This document shows positions 1 through 10,201 of a DNA stretch of 64,000 nt, piece by piece. The stretch is taken from contig CAVVEU010000020.1 in assembly GCA_963747235.1 (NCBI GenBank), positions 1 through 64,000 of the forward strand, given 5' to 3'. The translations under genes were made by a program, and so were the position numbers. The DNA comes from an uncultured Candidatus Rokubacteria bacterium (GTDB lineage Bacteria; Methylomirabilota; Methylomirabilia; Rokubacteriales; CSP1-6). Position 1 is the first letter of the stretch. Every line of letters begins with the position of its first letter. The notes under the pieces are model-generated. The model worked only from the letters and a program-made list of their open reading frames with translations. It did not search any database and was not told the DNA's origin.

Positions 1-20
1 CCCACGTCTCGCTCGAGCGC

Positions 21-806
21 ATGAACCGCTTCCAGGAGGCGGAAGCCCGCCGGATCATCGGCGAGCTGGGGTTGCCCGCCGGGTCGCGCGGGCTCGACGT
101 GGGCTGCGGCGTCGGCCTCTACGCGCTCTGGCTGGCCGAGGCGGTGGGCCAGGGCGGTCGGGTCGTGGCCATCGAGCCCGAGGCGGCCAAGGTGGACGCG
201 GCGCGCGCGCTCGTGGGCGGGGAGGCCGCCGGCGAGCGGCTCGAGTTCCAGCGCGGCGACGGCACCGCCATTCCCCTGCCCGACCAGAGCGTGGACTGGG
301 TGTGGTGCGGGGACGTGCTGCACCACATCGTGGATACCGAGAAGGCCTTGCGGGAGTTCCTGCGGGTGGTCCGGCCGGGCGGCCGCGTCATCGTCAAGGA
401 GTCGCAGGTCTTCTCGGCCATGTTCCTGCCCGGCCACCCGGAGCTCGAGCGGCGCATCCAGCTCGCCGAGATCCGCCGCACCCTGGACGAGGGCGCGGGG
501 CACTCCTTCCAGGAGCGGCGGCAGACCACGCCCGCGTCCCTCCGCGCGGCCGGCCTCGCGAGCGTGGCGATGCGCACCTACACGCTGGAGCGCCGCGCGC
601 CGCTCGCGCCGGCCGATCACGACTACATCCAGCACACCGTCTTCTCGCGCAACTGGGGCGATCGGCTGCGGGAGCTGCTGACCCCGGAGGACTGGCGGGA
701 GCGGACCCGGCTCTGCGACGAGGGCTCGCCGGCCAACGTGCTGCGAAGCCCCGACTACTACTGCCTCTACCCGATCACGGTCTTCTCGGCGCGCCGGTCC
801 GCCTGA
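21..806 (+). CDS. Class I SAM-dependent methyltransferase (UbiE/Methyltransf_11-like); may start upstream of the window
   Basis: Motif I LDVGCGVG, post-II motif IPLPDQSVDWV, LHH...LREFLRVVRPGG; the frame is open back to base 3. Confidence 0.85.
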   Translation: MNRFQEAEARRIIGELGLPAGSRGLDVGCGVGLYALWLAEAVGQGGRVVAIEPEAAKVDAARALVGGEAAGERLEFQRGDGTAIPLPDQSVDWVWCGDVLHHIVDTEKALREFLRVVRPGGRVIVKESQVFSAMFLPGHPELERRIQLAEIRRTLDEGAGHSFQERRQTTPASLRAAGLASVAMRTYTLERRAPLAPADHDYIQHTVFSRNWGDRLRELLTPEDWRERTRLCDEGSPANVLRSPDYYCLYPITVFSARRSA

Positions 807-810
807 CGCG

Positions 811-1182
811 TCAGGGCTTGCGCCAGACGCTCCGGGGTGGCGGGGGCGGCGCGGCGCCTCCGCCGGCGCCCTCTTCGACGAGCGAGGCCAGCACGGTCAT
901 CTTGCCCGCGAGGGCATCGCGGATCTCGACCCAGTCGGCGCTCTCGCCGGGCTGGGGACTCACGGCCGGCGGCGCGACGCGGAAGCGGCCGAGCGCGGCC
1001 TGATTCGCGGCGAGCGCGGTCTCCGTGGCGGCGAGCCACCCGCGCATCGCGAGGCGCCAGCGCTGGACGATCTGCGGCTGGGTGCGGCCCCACGTGTTGT
1101 CGCGTCGCGCCCCCCGGTACTCGGCGTCGATCGCGCCCTGGAGCCGCCGCCCGTCCGCCTGCGCCTTCCCGAGCGCGTCCAC
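811..1182 (-). CDS. Hypothetical protein, 123 aa
   Basis: Fills the gap between the XRE gene (8 nt away) and the convergent methyltransferase; protein-like helical composition; no recognisable motif. Confidence 0.6.
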   Translation of the reverse strand: MDALGKAQADGRRLQGAIDAEYRGARRDNTWGRTQPQIVQRWRLAMRGWLAATETALAANQAALGRFRVAPPAVSPQPGESADWVEIRDALAGKMTVLASLVEEGAGGGAAPPPPPRSVWRKP

Positions 1183-1190
1183 CGCGGCGC

Positions 1191-1412
1191 CTACTTCTGC
1201 TCCGGCTCGCTCAGCATCTTGCTCGGCACGCCCAGCGCGCGCGCGAGCCGGCCGAGGGCCGACGGCGACAGGTTCACCTTCTGGCCCGACTCCGCGAGCG
1301 TGATGTAGCTCAGCGCGAGCTGGGCGCGCTCGGCGAGCTGCGCCTGGGTGAGGCCCTGGCGCTCGCGCAGCTCCCGCACCAGCTCGCCCAGGCTCTTCTC
1401 GCCCGGACTCAT
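1191..1412 (-). CDS. XRE-family helix-turn-helix protein, 73 aa
   Basis: [43 protein letters not shown]...LARALGV is an HTH_3 pattern; ATG overlaps the sigma-factor TGA (ATGA). Confidence 0.85.
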   Translation of the reverse strand: MSPGEKSLGELVRELRERQGLTQAQLAERAQLALSYITLAESGQKVNLSPSALGRLARALGVPSKMLSEPEQK

Positions 1413-2360
1413 AGCAGATCCGACGGCTCGACGTCGCGCGCGGCCAGCAGGCGCCGCAGGTGCTGGAGCGCGGCGCCCTCGATCTGCCGCACGCGCTCGC
1501 GGGTGAGCCCCAGGCGCTGGCCGATGCGCTCGAGCGTCATCGGCTGCTCGGCGCCCAGGCCGAAGCGCAGGGTCACCACGGTGCGCTCCCGGTCGGGCAG
1601 GTCCTGGAGCACGCCGGCCAGATCGGCCCGGGCGCGCAGCATGGCGGCGAGCCCGCTGCCCGCCGCCGCGTTCGGGTCCTCGACCGTCTCGCCGAGATTC
1701 CCCTTCCCGTCCTCGCCGGTGGGCTTGTCGAGCGAGACCGGATGCTGGCGCAGGCTCTCGAGCTGCTCCAGCTCGCCCGCGGGCCGCTTCATCACCGCCG
1801 CGACTTCCTCGAGCGTGGGCGGCCGGCCCAGCTTCTGGGTGAGCACGTTGCGCTGCTTCAGGTACTGCGAGAGGAGCAGCTCGACGTGAACCGGCAGGCG
1901 GATCGTCCGCGCCTGGTTGGCGAGGGCGCGCACCACCGCCTGGCGGATCCACCAGGTGGCGTAGGTCGAGAAGCGCGTGCCGCGATCGGGCTGGAACTTG
2001 CGCGCGGCGTGGAGCAGCCCGACATTGCCCTCCTCGATCAGGTCGAGGAGCGAGAGCCCGCGGTGGAGATAGCGGCGCGCGATCCGGACCACGAGCCGCA
2101 GGTTGGCCTCGACGAGCCGCTTCTGGGCCTCGGGATCGCCGGCCTGAACACGCCGGGCCAGGTCCTGCTCCTCCTCCGGCGTCAGCAGCTTGACCCGGGA
2201 GATCTCCTGCAGGTAGAGCGCGATCAGCTCACGGCTGCGGCCACCCGCCTCGGGCGCGTTGGGCTTCTCGCCGAGCTCGGCCGGGGTCCTTGTGCAGGAG
2301 GGCCTCGAGGGGCTCGTCGCCGTCCTCCAGCTCATCCGTCGTGTCGGGCTCCGGAGCCAT
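1409..2360 (-). CDS. rpoS: RpoD/RpoS-family sigma-70 factor (RpoS-like by synteny); one apparent frameshift near 2280
   Basis: Region 1.2 [17 protein letters not shown], region 2 NLRLVV...[11 protein letters not shown], region 4 [20 protein letters not shown]; follows nlpD; acidic N-terminus [14 protein letters not shown] from ATG 2360 is one base out of frame. Confidence 0.8.
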
Positions 2361-2369
2361 GAGAACCCC

Positions 2370-3310
2370 TCACTCGTGAGGGTCGTGCTCCGAGCTGGAT
2401 GCGGCGATGTCGTCATCGAAGACCGGGCTCTGATCGGACGGCTCGAGCAGGTGGAGCGGGTTGTAGGCCTTGCCGTCGCGCCGCACCTCGAAGTGCACGT
2501 GGGGCCCGGTGGCGTGCCCGCTGCGCCCCACGGTGGCGATGAGCTGCCCGGCCTCCACGTCCTCCCCGACCTCGACCAGATTCTTCTGATTGTGGGCGTA
2601 AAGGGTGATGAATCCATTGCTGTGCTCGATCTTGACCACCTGTCCATAGGCCCGGATCCAGCCGCTGTAGACCACCGTCCCGCCCGCCGCGGCGTAGATC
2701 TGCGAGCCCATCTCCGCCGTGATGTCGATGCCGGCGTGCCAGCCCGCGGGAGCGCTGGCCGAAGGTGGAGATCACGGGGCCTTCCACGGGCCAGACGAGG
2801 GCGATGCGCTCTTCCCGGAAGTCGGGAGTGCCGAGCACCAGCGACGTCAGGATCCGCCGCGGCCCCACCCGCTTGATCAGGATGCCGTCGGCGCCGGGCT
2901 CGGTCCCGGGGGTTTCCCCGGCGGTCGTCTGAGGGACCGGGCGCTCACAACCCGGCACGGACAGACGCTGGCCGGATCGGAGGGCGTCGGGCTTCACGAG
3001 CTGGTTGGCCTTGACCAGGGCCGCGCGCGTCACCCGGTACCGGGCCGCGATCCGGCTGATGGACTCGCCGCTCCGTACGGTATGCGTGCACACCGCCGGC
3101 TGGGGCGCGGTCTTGGGGGCGGTGGCGGTCTTCGGAGCCGTGGTCTTCGTGCCCGGGGCCTTGGCCGAGCCCCAGTGCGGGGCCGGGACGTTCTCCTGCT
3201 GCGAGGGGGCGACCCGGCTCTTCAGGGGCTTGGGCTGGGCGTGGGACACGGCGGCTGGAGACAAGAAGGATGGGGACGAGGAGAAGGGCGACGCGGAGAC
3301 TGCGGCTCAC
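2370..3310 (-). CDS. nlpD: LysM + M23 peptidase protein (NlpD-like); apparent frameshifts near 3257 and 2750
   Basis: Signal-like [16 protein letters not shown], Lys[29 protein letters not shown], then M23 motifs LYAHN and [10 protein letters not shown] in a shifted frame. Confidence 0.8.
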
Positions 3311-3612
3311 GGATCGAACTCCGCGTAGCGGATGGAGAAGCCCGCGTAGCGCCCCGTCAGCGGCCGCCAGGTGACGGCCAGGTGGTCCACCCGCGCCAGC
3401 GGCGGGCCCTTGCCCAGGTCGTGCATGAGCTCCTCGATGAGGTCGCGCCCGCCTTCCACGCGCACGCGCACCTTCCCATCCTTCAGATTCATCACGTACC
3501 CGGCGAGGCCCAGTGACGCGGCCTTGCGCTGGACGAAATCGCGGTAGCCGACGCCCTGCACTCGGCCCTCGACGACGATCTCGGCGGCGCTGCGCAGTCC
3601 CGTGACGCCCAT
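3307..3612 (-). CDS. acyP: Acylphosphatase
   Basis: GRVQGVGYR and GYVMNLKDGKV signature motifs. Confidence 0.92.
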   Translation of the reverse strand: MGVTGLRSAAEIVVEGRVQGVGYRDFVQRKAASLGLAGYVMNLKDGKVRVRVEGGRDLIEELMHDLGKGPPLARVDHLAVTWRPLTGRYAGFSIRYAEFDP

Positions 3613-3642
3613 CCCGGCTCCGGCAACGGCTCGAGAAAAAAA

Positions 3643-3719
3643 TGGTCGGGGCGACTGGATTTGAACCAGCGACCTCCTGCTCCCGAAGCAGGCGCGCTAC
3701 CAAGCTGCGCTACGCCCCG
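3643..3719 (-). tRNA. tRNA-Pro (anticodon CGG)
   Basis: Minus strand CGGGGCGTAGCGCAGCTTGGTAGCGCG CCTGC TTCGGGA GCAGG ... GGTTCAAATCC ... CCCCGACCA; 77 nt with encoded CCA. Confidence 0.97.
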
Positions 3720-3758
3720 TAACCCTCACACTCGTGACACCCGGGCACACCCAGAGTC

Positions 3759-4409
3759 TCACGACTCCCAGGCATATTTACCGACCAGCTTCACGAATAC
3801 GCACCCGGAATCCCGGGTGACCCGCATCACCCCCTGCACCTTCTCGATCACCTCGAGCGTCTGGTTGGCGACATCGCCCACCGGCATCACCATCCGCCCG
3901 CCTTCCGCGAGCTGCTCGAACAGGGGCGGCGGCACCGCCGGCCCGCCCGCCGCCACCAGGATGCGATCGAACGGCGCCTCGTCCGGCCATCCGAGCGTCC
4001 CGTTGCCCGCCCGCACCCACACGTTGCGGTACCCGAGCCCTTCCAGCGTCTCGCGCGCCCGCGCGGCCAGCCGCGGCAGGCGCTCCATCGTGCAGACCCG
4101 CGCCGCCAGCTCCGCGAGCACCGCGGCCTGGTAGCCGCACCCCGTGCCCACCTCCAGCACCTTCTCGCGCCCGCCGAGCCGCAGCAGCTCGGTCATGCGG
4201 CCCACGATGAAGGGCTGCGAGATCGTCTGCCCTTCCCCGATCGGCAGCGGGTGGTCCCCGTAGGCCCGATCGCGCAGCGCCTCGTCCACGAACAGGTGGC
4301 GCGGCAGCCGCCGCATCACCTCGAGCACCCGCGCGTCGGCGACCCCGCGCCCGACGACCTGCTCGTCCACCATGCGCTCGCGCTCGCGCGCGAAGCGCTG
4401 CGTGCTCAC
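3759..4409 (-). CDS. pcm: Protein-L-isoaspartate O-methyltransferase
   Basis: AYGDHPLPIGEGQTISQP, VLEVGTGCGYQAA, APFDRI; GTG start overlaps the surE stop. Confidence 0.95.
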   Translation of the reverse strand: MSTQRFARERERMVDEQVVGRGVADARVLEVMRRLPRHLFVDEALRDRAYGDHPLPIGEGQTISQPFIVGRMTELLRLGGREKVLEVGTGCGYQAAVLAELAARVCTMERLPRLAARARETLEGLGYRNVWVRAGNGTLGWPDEAPFDRILVAAGGPAVPPPLFEQLAEGGRMVMPVGDVANQTLEVIEKVQGVMRVTRDSGCVFVKLVGKYAWES

Positions 4410-5179
4410 CGCGTCCGCTTCTTCTTCAGCACGGCGTTCAGGGCGCCTTCCCACTCGCTCATGCGGCCCAGCGCGCCGTGGTGCGTCAGGTCCAGGTGCA
4501 GCGGCGTCACCGACGCGAACCCCGCGTGCACCGCCGCGATGTCCGAGGCCGGATCCTCCACCCACTCCGGCGGGCCCGCCCCGATCCAGTAGTACGGGCG
4601 CCCGCGCGGATCCATCTCCTGGATCACCTTCTCGCGGTAGACCCGGTGGCCGAGCCGCGTGAGCTTGATCCCCTTCACCGCGCCTCGCGGCACGTTCACG
4701 TTCAGCAGCGTCTTCGCGGGCAGCCCCTCCACCAGGAGCCGCGTGGCCACCGCGAGGGCCACCGGCCCCGCGCCGTCGAAGCCCTCCGCGTCCGGATCCG
4801 CCTGCGACACCGCCAGCGACGGCACCCCCAGCAGCGTGCCCTCCATCGCCGCCGACACCGTCCCCGAGTACGTCACGTCGTCGCCCAGGTTCGTCCCGTG
4901 GTTCACGCCGGACGCCACCAGCACCGGCGGCTCCGGCAAGAGCCCGAGGACGGCCAGGTTCACGCAGTCCGACGGCGTGCCATTCACCGCGTACTTCCGC
5001 TCCGCGACCCGGTCTACCCGGAGCGGCCGGTGCAGCGTGAGGGCGTGACCCACCGCGCTCTGCTCGCGATCCGGCGCGACGACGTACACCTCGCCGAGCG
5101 CGGCCAGCGCGTCTGCCAGAACCTGGAGCCCGCGCGCGTGAATCCCGTCATCGTTGGTGACAAGAATCACGGGCGCCAT
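4406..5179 (-). CDS. surE: 5'/3'-nucleotidase SurE
   Basis: ILVTNDDG, GTPSDCV, SGVNHGTNLG, YSGTVSAA motifs. Confidence 0.96.
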   Translation of the reverse strand: MAPVILVTNDDGIHARGLQVLADALAALGEVYVVAPDREQSAVGHALTLHRPLRVDRVAERKYAVNGTPSDCVNLAVLGLLPEPPVLVASGVNHGTNLGDDVTYSGTVSAAMEGTLLGVPSLAVSQADPDAEGFDGAGPVALAVATRLLVEGLPAKTLLNVNVPRGAVKGIKLTRLGHRVYREKVIQEMDPRGRPYYWIGAGPPEWVEDPASDIAAVHAGFASVTPLHLDLTHHGALGRMSEWEGALNAVLKKKRTR

Positions 5180-5191
5180 GTCGATTGAAAT

Positions 5192-5268
<77 letters not shown>

Positions 5269-5279
5269 ACCCAACGGGC

Positions 5280-5308
5280 ATTGTACGGGCTGGATGGGGC
5301 AAACTCAA
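5280..5308 (-). promoter_or_regulatory. Sigma-70-type promoter for tRNA-Pro(GGG)/surE
   Basis: TTGAGT (5308-5303), 17 nt spacer, TACAAT (5285-5280); 11 nt upstream of the tRNA. Confidence 0.7.
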
Positions 5309-5676
5309 GACGAGCGGCCGGGTCGGGAGGCGGCGAGGCGCTGGCGGATGGCCTGCAGACGCGTCCGGGTGCGGCGGATCACCTCTTCGAGCGTGGCGCC
5401 GCGCAGCCCCAGGTCCATCTGGTCGAGGCCGCGGGCTTCGCCGCGGAGCCGCTTCTTGGCGCCTTCGAGGGTGAGGCGCTCCTCGTAGAGGAGTGACTTG
5501 ATGCGGAGGACCAGCTCGAGGTCGGCCTTGCGGTACAGGCGCTGGCCGGCCGGGTTCTTCTTCGGCCGGAGCAGCTTGAACTCGGACTCCCAGTAACGGA
5601 GCACGTATGCGGGGATCTCCGTGATCGTCTCGACTTCTCCGATCCGGTAGTAGAGCTTGTCAGGAACCGTGCTCAT
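5305..5676 (-). CDS. MerR-family transcriptional regulator (ihfA-associated type)
   Basis: KLYYRIGEV...[15 protein letters not shown]...GQRLYR; typical position between ihfA and tRNA-Pro. Confidence 0.92.
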   Translation of the reverse strand: MSTVPDKLYYRIGEVETITEIPAYVLRYWESEFKLLRPKKNPAGQRLYRKADLELVLRIKSLLYEERLTLEGAKKRLRGEARGLDQMDLGLRGATLEEVIRRTRTRLQAIRQRLAASRPGRSS

Positions 5677-5693
5677 ACCCCGCGGGCCTCCGG

Positions 5694-5975
5694 CTAGACG
5701 TTGATCCGGAGCTTCAGGCCCTTGCTCGGCTTGAACGTCAGCACCTTGCGCGCGGTGATCTCGATGCTGTCGCCCGTCTGGGGATTGCGGCCGCGGCGCG
5801 ACGCCTTCTGCCGGATCCGGAAATGGCCGAAGCCGACGATCTTCACGTCCTCTCCCTTTTCGAAGCAGCGAAAGATGATGTCGAACAGTGACTCGACCAC
5901 GGCAGCCGACTGCCGCTTCGACAGCCCGTGAGCCGCCACCGCATTGATCAGATCGTTCTTGGTCAGCGCCGTCAC
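5694..5975 (-). CDS. ihfA: Integration host factor subunit alpha (HU/IHF family)
   Basis: LTKNDLI...VKIVGFGHF...RRGRNPQTG...VLTFKPS; start approximate; upstream of merR as usual for ihfA. Confidence 0.88.
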   Translation of the reverse strand: MTALTKNDLINAVAAHGLSKRQSAAVVESLFDIIFRCFEKGEDVKIVGFGHFRIRQKASRRGRNPQTGDSIEITARKVLTFKPSKGLKLRINV

Positions 5976-5989
5976 CTCCCCTCGTCGGT

Positions 5990-6746
5990 TTACTTGGCCG
6001 GGCCCGAGGTCACGAAGCCCGTCTGTCCCTTGCCCTGCAGCTCTTCGCGGGCCGCGCCGGCCCGCGAGCGATCCGGATAGCCGCCCACCCGCACGACGTG
6101 CAGCGGCTCGGCGCGCGTCACCCGCGTCACCTGGACCGAGTAGCCCTCGGAGCGCAGCTTCCGGGCCAGGCCTTCGGCGTTGCCACTCTCCTTGAACGCG
6201 CCCACCTGCACCCAGTAGCCGCCGCTCGAGGCCGGCGGCTTCGCCGCGCTCTTGCTCGGGGCTACCGCCGCGGTGCGCTCGGGCGCCTTCGCCTTCTCGG
6301 GGGCCTTGGTGGCCGCCTTGGGCGCGCTCGCGGGTGGCATCTCCGGCCGAGCGGGCGCGGGTGTCGGGGTGCTGACCACGGGCGCCGGCAGCGATGGGGG
6401 CGGCACGGTCGGGGCGGGCGTCGGCGCGGCCGCGGGCGGTGGGGTGGCGGGCGGCGCGGCCGCGCTCGGCATCTGGGTCGCGGGCGGGGCGCGCTCGCCG
6501 GGGCGGCGTGCTCGGCACCGGCACGAGCGCGGAGGACGGCTCGCTCGGCTTCGTGGTCACCTTCGGCGGTGGCGTCGGCTCGAACCAGCCGCCGATCAGC
6601 GGCACCGCGATGACGGCGACCACGGCCAGGACGAGAAGAACGAGCACGGCGCGGAACCAGCCCGTCGCGAAGATGCTGCGCTGGCCGTATTCTTCCTGCT
6701 CTTCGTCTTCCAGGAAATCGTCCGGATCGGGGCGCTCTGGGCTCAC
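5990..6746 (-). CDS. SPOR-domain cell division protein (FtsN/DedD-like); apparent frameshift near 6495
   Basis: N-terminal TM helix (AVLVLLVLAVVAVIAVPLI), Pro/Ala-rich linker, C-terminal SPOR YWVQVGAFKESGNA...HVVRVGGY in another frame. Confidence 0.8.
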
Positions 6747-6791
6747 ACGCTAAGTCCTCGCTGACTGCTCGGTGGTGAACGGCTACGGGAT

Positions 6792-6820
6792 GTTATAGCA
6801 CCAGTGCCGGGGGGGCTCAA
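6792..6820 (-). promoter_or_regulatory. Sigma-70-type promoter upstream of SPOR/ihfA
   Basis: TTGAGC (6820-6815), 17 nt spacer, extended -10 TGcTATAAC (6800-6792). Confidence 0.7.
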
Positions 6821-6862
6821 CCGAAATCACTAGGGGTTCTGCCTAGTTAGGCGCTCGCCCGC

Positions 6863-8224
6863 TCAGGCCCGGCGGCGCACCCCTCTGGGCCGGCCGGCGC
6901 CCCGCCCCGCGCCGCGTCCCACCGCCTTGCGGAAGAGCAGGCGCAGCGGCGAGCCCGCGAAGCTGTAGGCGTGCCGCAGCGAGTTGATGATGTAGCGCTC
7001 GTAGGAGAAGTGGATGCTGTCCGGCAGGTTCACGCGGATGGCGAACGTGGGCGGCGACACCGCGACCTGCTGCGCCGACTGCACGCGCAGCGGAATGCCG
7101 TGAGCCGACATCGGCCGCCGCTCGACCGCGGTGCGCAGCGTGGCCAGCAGCTCGCCCGGCTGGATGCGCTTCTGCGCCTCCGCGGCCACCACGTCCACCT
7201 GGTCGAAGAGATCGCGGAGCCCGAGCCGCGTCACCGCGGAGGTGAAGCAGATCGGCGCGTGCTCGAGGAAGGGCAGCCGCTCGTGGATCTGCCCGGTCAC
7301 GTCGGCGCGTTGCACCATGCCGGACGGCACCATGTCCCACTTGTTCACCGCCACGACCACCGCGCGGCCCGCGTCGTTGGCGTAGCCCGCGATGTGCGCG
7401 TCCTGCGCGGTCACGCCCTCGGAGGCGTCCATCACCAGCACCGCCACCTGGCACCGCTCGAGGCTCTTGAGCGCCATCACCACCGCGAGCTTCTCGAGGG
7501 CCTCGGTCACCTTGCCCTTGCGCCGGATGCCCGCGGTGTCGATCAGCAGGTAGTTGCGGTCCCGGAAGGTCAGCGGGCTGTCCACCGCGTCGCGCGTGGT
7601 GCCGGGCAGGTCGTGCACCAGCACGCGCTCGTGGCCGAGCACCGCGTTCACGATGGACGACTTGCCGACATTGGGGCGCCCGATGATCGCCACGCGGGTG
7701 CCCTCCAGACCGGACTCGGGCTCGACCGCGGGCGCGCGATCCCGGCAGGCCTCGAGCAGCTCGGCCACGCCGCGCCCGTGCTCGGCGGAGACGGTGAGCA
7801 CCGGCGCGAAGCCCAGCCGGTAGGCGTCGCCCACCGGGGTGTCCTGGCCCGCGCTGTCCACCTTGTTGACCGCGAGCAGCGTCGGCCGGCCGGACTTGCG
7901 CAGGATCCCGGCGATCTCCTCGTCGAGGCCGGTGATGCCGGCGCGGCCGTCCACCACGAACACGAGCAGGTCCGCGTCGTCCACCGCCTGGAGCACCTGC
8001 CGGCGCACGCCCTGCACCAGGTCGGACTCGCTGCTGGGATCGAAGCCGCCGGTGTCCACGACGGTGGCCTGCCAGCGCTCGAACACCGCGGTGCCGTAGA
8101 GGCGGTCGCGCGTCACACCGGGCACGTCGCGCACCAGCGAGCGCCGGCGGCCGATGAGCCGGTTGAAGAGCGTGGACTTGCCCACGTTCGGGCGGCCCAC
8201 GATGGCGATGATGGGGCGCAGCAT
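6863..8224 (-). CDS. der: Ribosome biogenesis GTPase Der (EngA)
   Basis: Two GTPase domains (GRPNVGKS twice; DTGG/DTAG; NKVD/NKWD) plus KH-like C-terminus. Confidence 0.97.
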   Translation of the reverse strand: MLRPIIAIVGRPNVGKSTLFNRLIGRRRSLVRDVPGVTRDRLYGTAVFERWQATVVDTGGFDPSSESDLVQGVRRQVLQAVDDADLLVFVVDGRAGITGLDEEIAGILRKSGRPTLLAVNKVDSAGQDTPVGDAYRLGFAPVLTVSAEHGRGVAELLEACRDRAPAVEPESGLEGTRVAIIGRPNVGKSSIVNAVLGHERVLVHDLPGTTRDAVDSPLTFRDRNYLLIDTAGIRRKGKVTEALEKLAVVMALKSLERCQVAVLVMDASEGVTAQDAHIAGYANDAGRAVVVAVNKWDMVPSGMVQRADVTGQIHERLPFLEHAPICFTSAVTRLGLRDLFDQVDVVAAEAQKRIQPGELLATLRTAVERRPMSAHGIPLRVQSAQQVAVSPPTFAIRVNLPDSIHFSYERYIINSLRHAYSFAGSPLRLLFRKAVGRGAGRGAGRPRGVRRRA

Positions 8225-8248
8225 GTGCGGCGGCGGCTCGCCCGGCCC

Positions 8249-9602
8249 CTACCGGCCCAGCAGGGCGGCCAGGAGGGCCGGGGCGTCGGGCTCGACGGTG
8301 GTGACGGGCGTGCCGAGCGAGGCGGCCAGGTCGGCCGGCGTGAGATCGTCGAGGAAGACGCCCGCCCCGTCGCGGATCGCCACCGCGGGGACCAGGACCT
8401 CGTCGCCCAGCTCCCGGCCCGCGGCCCGCGCCTGCTCGAGCTGGATCTGGATGTCGCGGCCGGTGAGCAGCCCGGCCACGCCGATGCCGCGCCCGAAGAA
8501 CTCGTTGGCGATGGGCACGAGGTCGATACGGAGGCCGTCCACCACCACGCGATCGAGCAGCGGCCGCATCCGCGGGGCGAACATCTCGCCGGTCACCACG
8601 GTCACGTGGCGCGGGCGCGCCAGACGCGCGGGCCGGCGGCTCACCGCGCGGGCGAAGGCGTCCTCGAAGCGGCGCACGAGGCCGATGCCGTCCTCGGCCA
8701 CCGCGAAGCCCTCGTACTCGCGCGCGGCGGGCAGCGGGAGGCCCGCCTGGAGATAGAGCTCGTCGGCGGCCCACACGAAGCGGGTGCCGAGCGTGTCGCG
8801 GAACTCGCGCTGCCAGCCTTCGATGGCGCGCACGAGCGTGCCCGCCTCCTCCACCGTCACCGTGCGCAGATCGGGGAGCCGCTCGCGGTGGCGCGTGAGC
8901 CCGACCGGCACCACCGCGGTGGTCGGCACCGCGGGATGGAGCCGGGCCAGCTCGTGCACGGTGCGGTCGAGGTGCGGGCCGTCGTTCCAGTCCGGGCACA
9001 GCACGATCTGCGCGTGCATGGCGATGCCCGCCTTGGCGAGCCGCTCCATCACCGGCAGCAGCTCGCGGCGTACCCGCGGCCGGCCCAGGAGGGCGTGGCG
9101 CAGCTCCGGGTCGGTGGCGTGGACGGACACGTAGAGCGGCGAGAGGCGCTGCGCCTCGATGCGCGCGAGCTCGGGCTCCTCCAGATCCGTCAGCGTGATG
9201 TAGTTGCCGTGCAGGAACGAGAGCCGGAAGTCGTCGTCCTTCACGTAGAGGCTCTTGCGCATCCCCTTCGGAAGCTGGTGGATGAAGCAGAACACGCACT
9301 TGTTGGCGCAGGTGGCGATCTCGGCGGGGCGCGGGGCCTCGAGCTGCAGCCCGAGCCCCGCGGCGCCGCGCGCGAAGCCGCGCGGTCCGCGCCCGGCCCT
9401 CCCGCTCGACCGAGAGGCGCAGGTGCTCCTCGCCCGCGTGGAAGTGGAAGTCGATCACGTCGCGCAGCGCGGCGCCGTTGATGGCGAGGATGCGGTCGCC
9501 CGGGCGCAGGCCGGCCCGGGCCGCCGGCGTCCGCGGCGTCACCGCGGCCACCACCACGCCCTCCCCCTCACTCTGACCGATCGCCTCCGGCCGCCGGGCC
9601 AT
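8249..9602 (-). CDS. PDZ + radical SAM DUF512 protein; apparent frameshift near 9385
   Basis: N-terminal PDZ (AGLRPGDRILAING), CANKCVFC motif, YVKDDDFRLSFLHGNYITLT, ADELY, EDGIG, VAGLLTG. Confidence 0.85.
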
Positions 9603-9604
9603 GG

Positions 9605-10159
9605 TCAGACGCGCCCGCTCACGGAGGTGGGCGTGTCGAGCTGCTTGAGGCTCCGGATGATGTACTGCAGCCCCGAGGTGATCGTGAACGCGGCCGTCAC
9701 CCAGGCCAGGAGCGTCGTGACGAATGCCGGGAGGAGCTGGAAGTAGACGGCGGCCATGGCCGCGAGGACGGTCACCATCTGGAAGACGGTGGACGTCTTG
9801 CCGATCCAGGTCGGCGCCGGATGCACCGTGCCGCCCGCCACGTGGATGACCAGCACCCCGATGCTCAGCACCAGGTCACGGCTCACGACGACCGCGGTGA
9901 TCCAGAACGGGATCACCTTGAGCCAGGTCAGCGTCACGAAGCCCGAGGTGAGCAGCAGCTTGTCGGCCATCGGATCCAGGAAGGCGCCGAGCCGCGTCTG
10001 GCGACCCTGGCTGCGCGCGATGTAGCCGTCCAGCAGGTCGGTGAGGCTGGCCAGGCAGAACACGAGCAGCGCCAACCCCGCCCGCCGGTAGACGAGCAGG
10101 GTCACGAAGACCGGGATCAGCAGGATGCGCAGGATCGTGAGCCAGTTGGGGAGTCCCAT
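9605..10159 (-). CDS. pgsA: CDP-alcohol phosphatidyltransferase (PgsA-like)
   Basis: PNWLTILR; DLLDGYIAR...GAFLDPMADK signature. Confidence 0.88.
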   Translation of the reverse strand: MGLPNWLTILRILLIPVFVTLLVYRRAGLALLVFCLASLTDLLDGYIARSQGRQTRLGAFLDPMADKLLLTSGFVTLTWLKVIPFWITAVVVSRDLVLSIGVLVIHVAGGTVHPAPTWIGKTSTVFQMVTVLAAMAAVYFQLLPAFVTTLLAWVTAAFTITSGLQYIIRSLKQLDTPTSVSGRV

Positions 10160-10186
10160 GGGACGGCCCGCGAGGGCCGAGGCCCG

Positions 10187-10195
10187 ATTGTAGCA
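10187..10195 (-). promoter_or_regulatory. Extended -10 promoter element upstream of pgsA
   Basis: TGcTACAAT on the minus strand, 27 nt upstream of the ATG; no clear -35. Confidence 0.5.
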
Positions 10196-10201
10196 CCGCT
10201 T

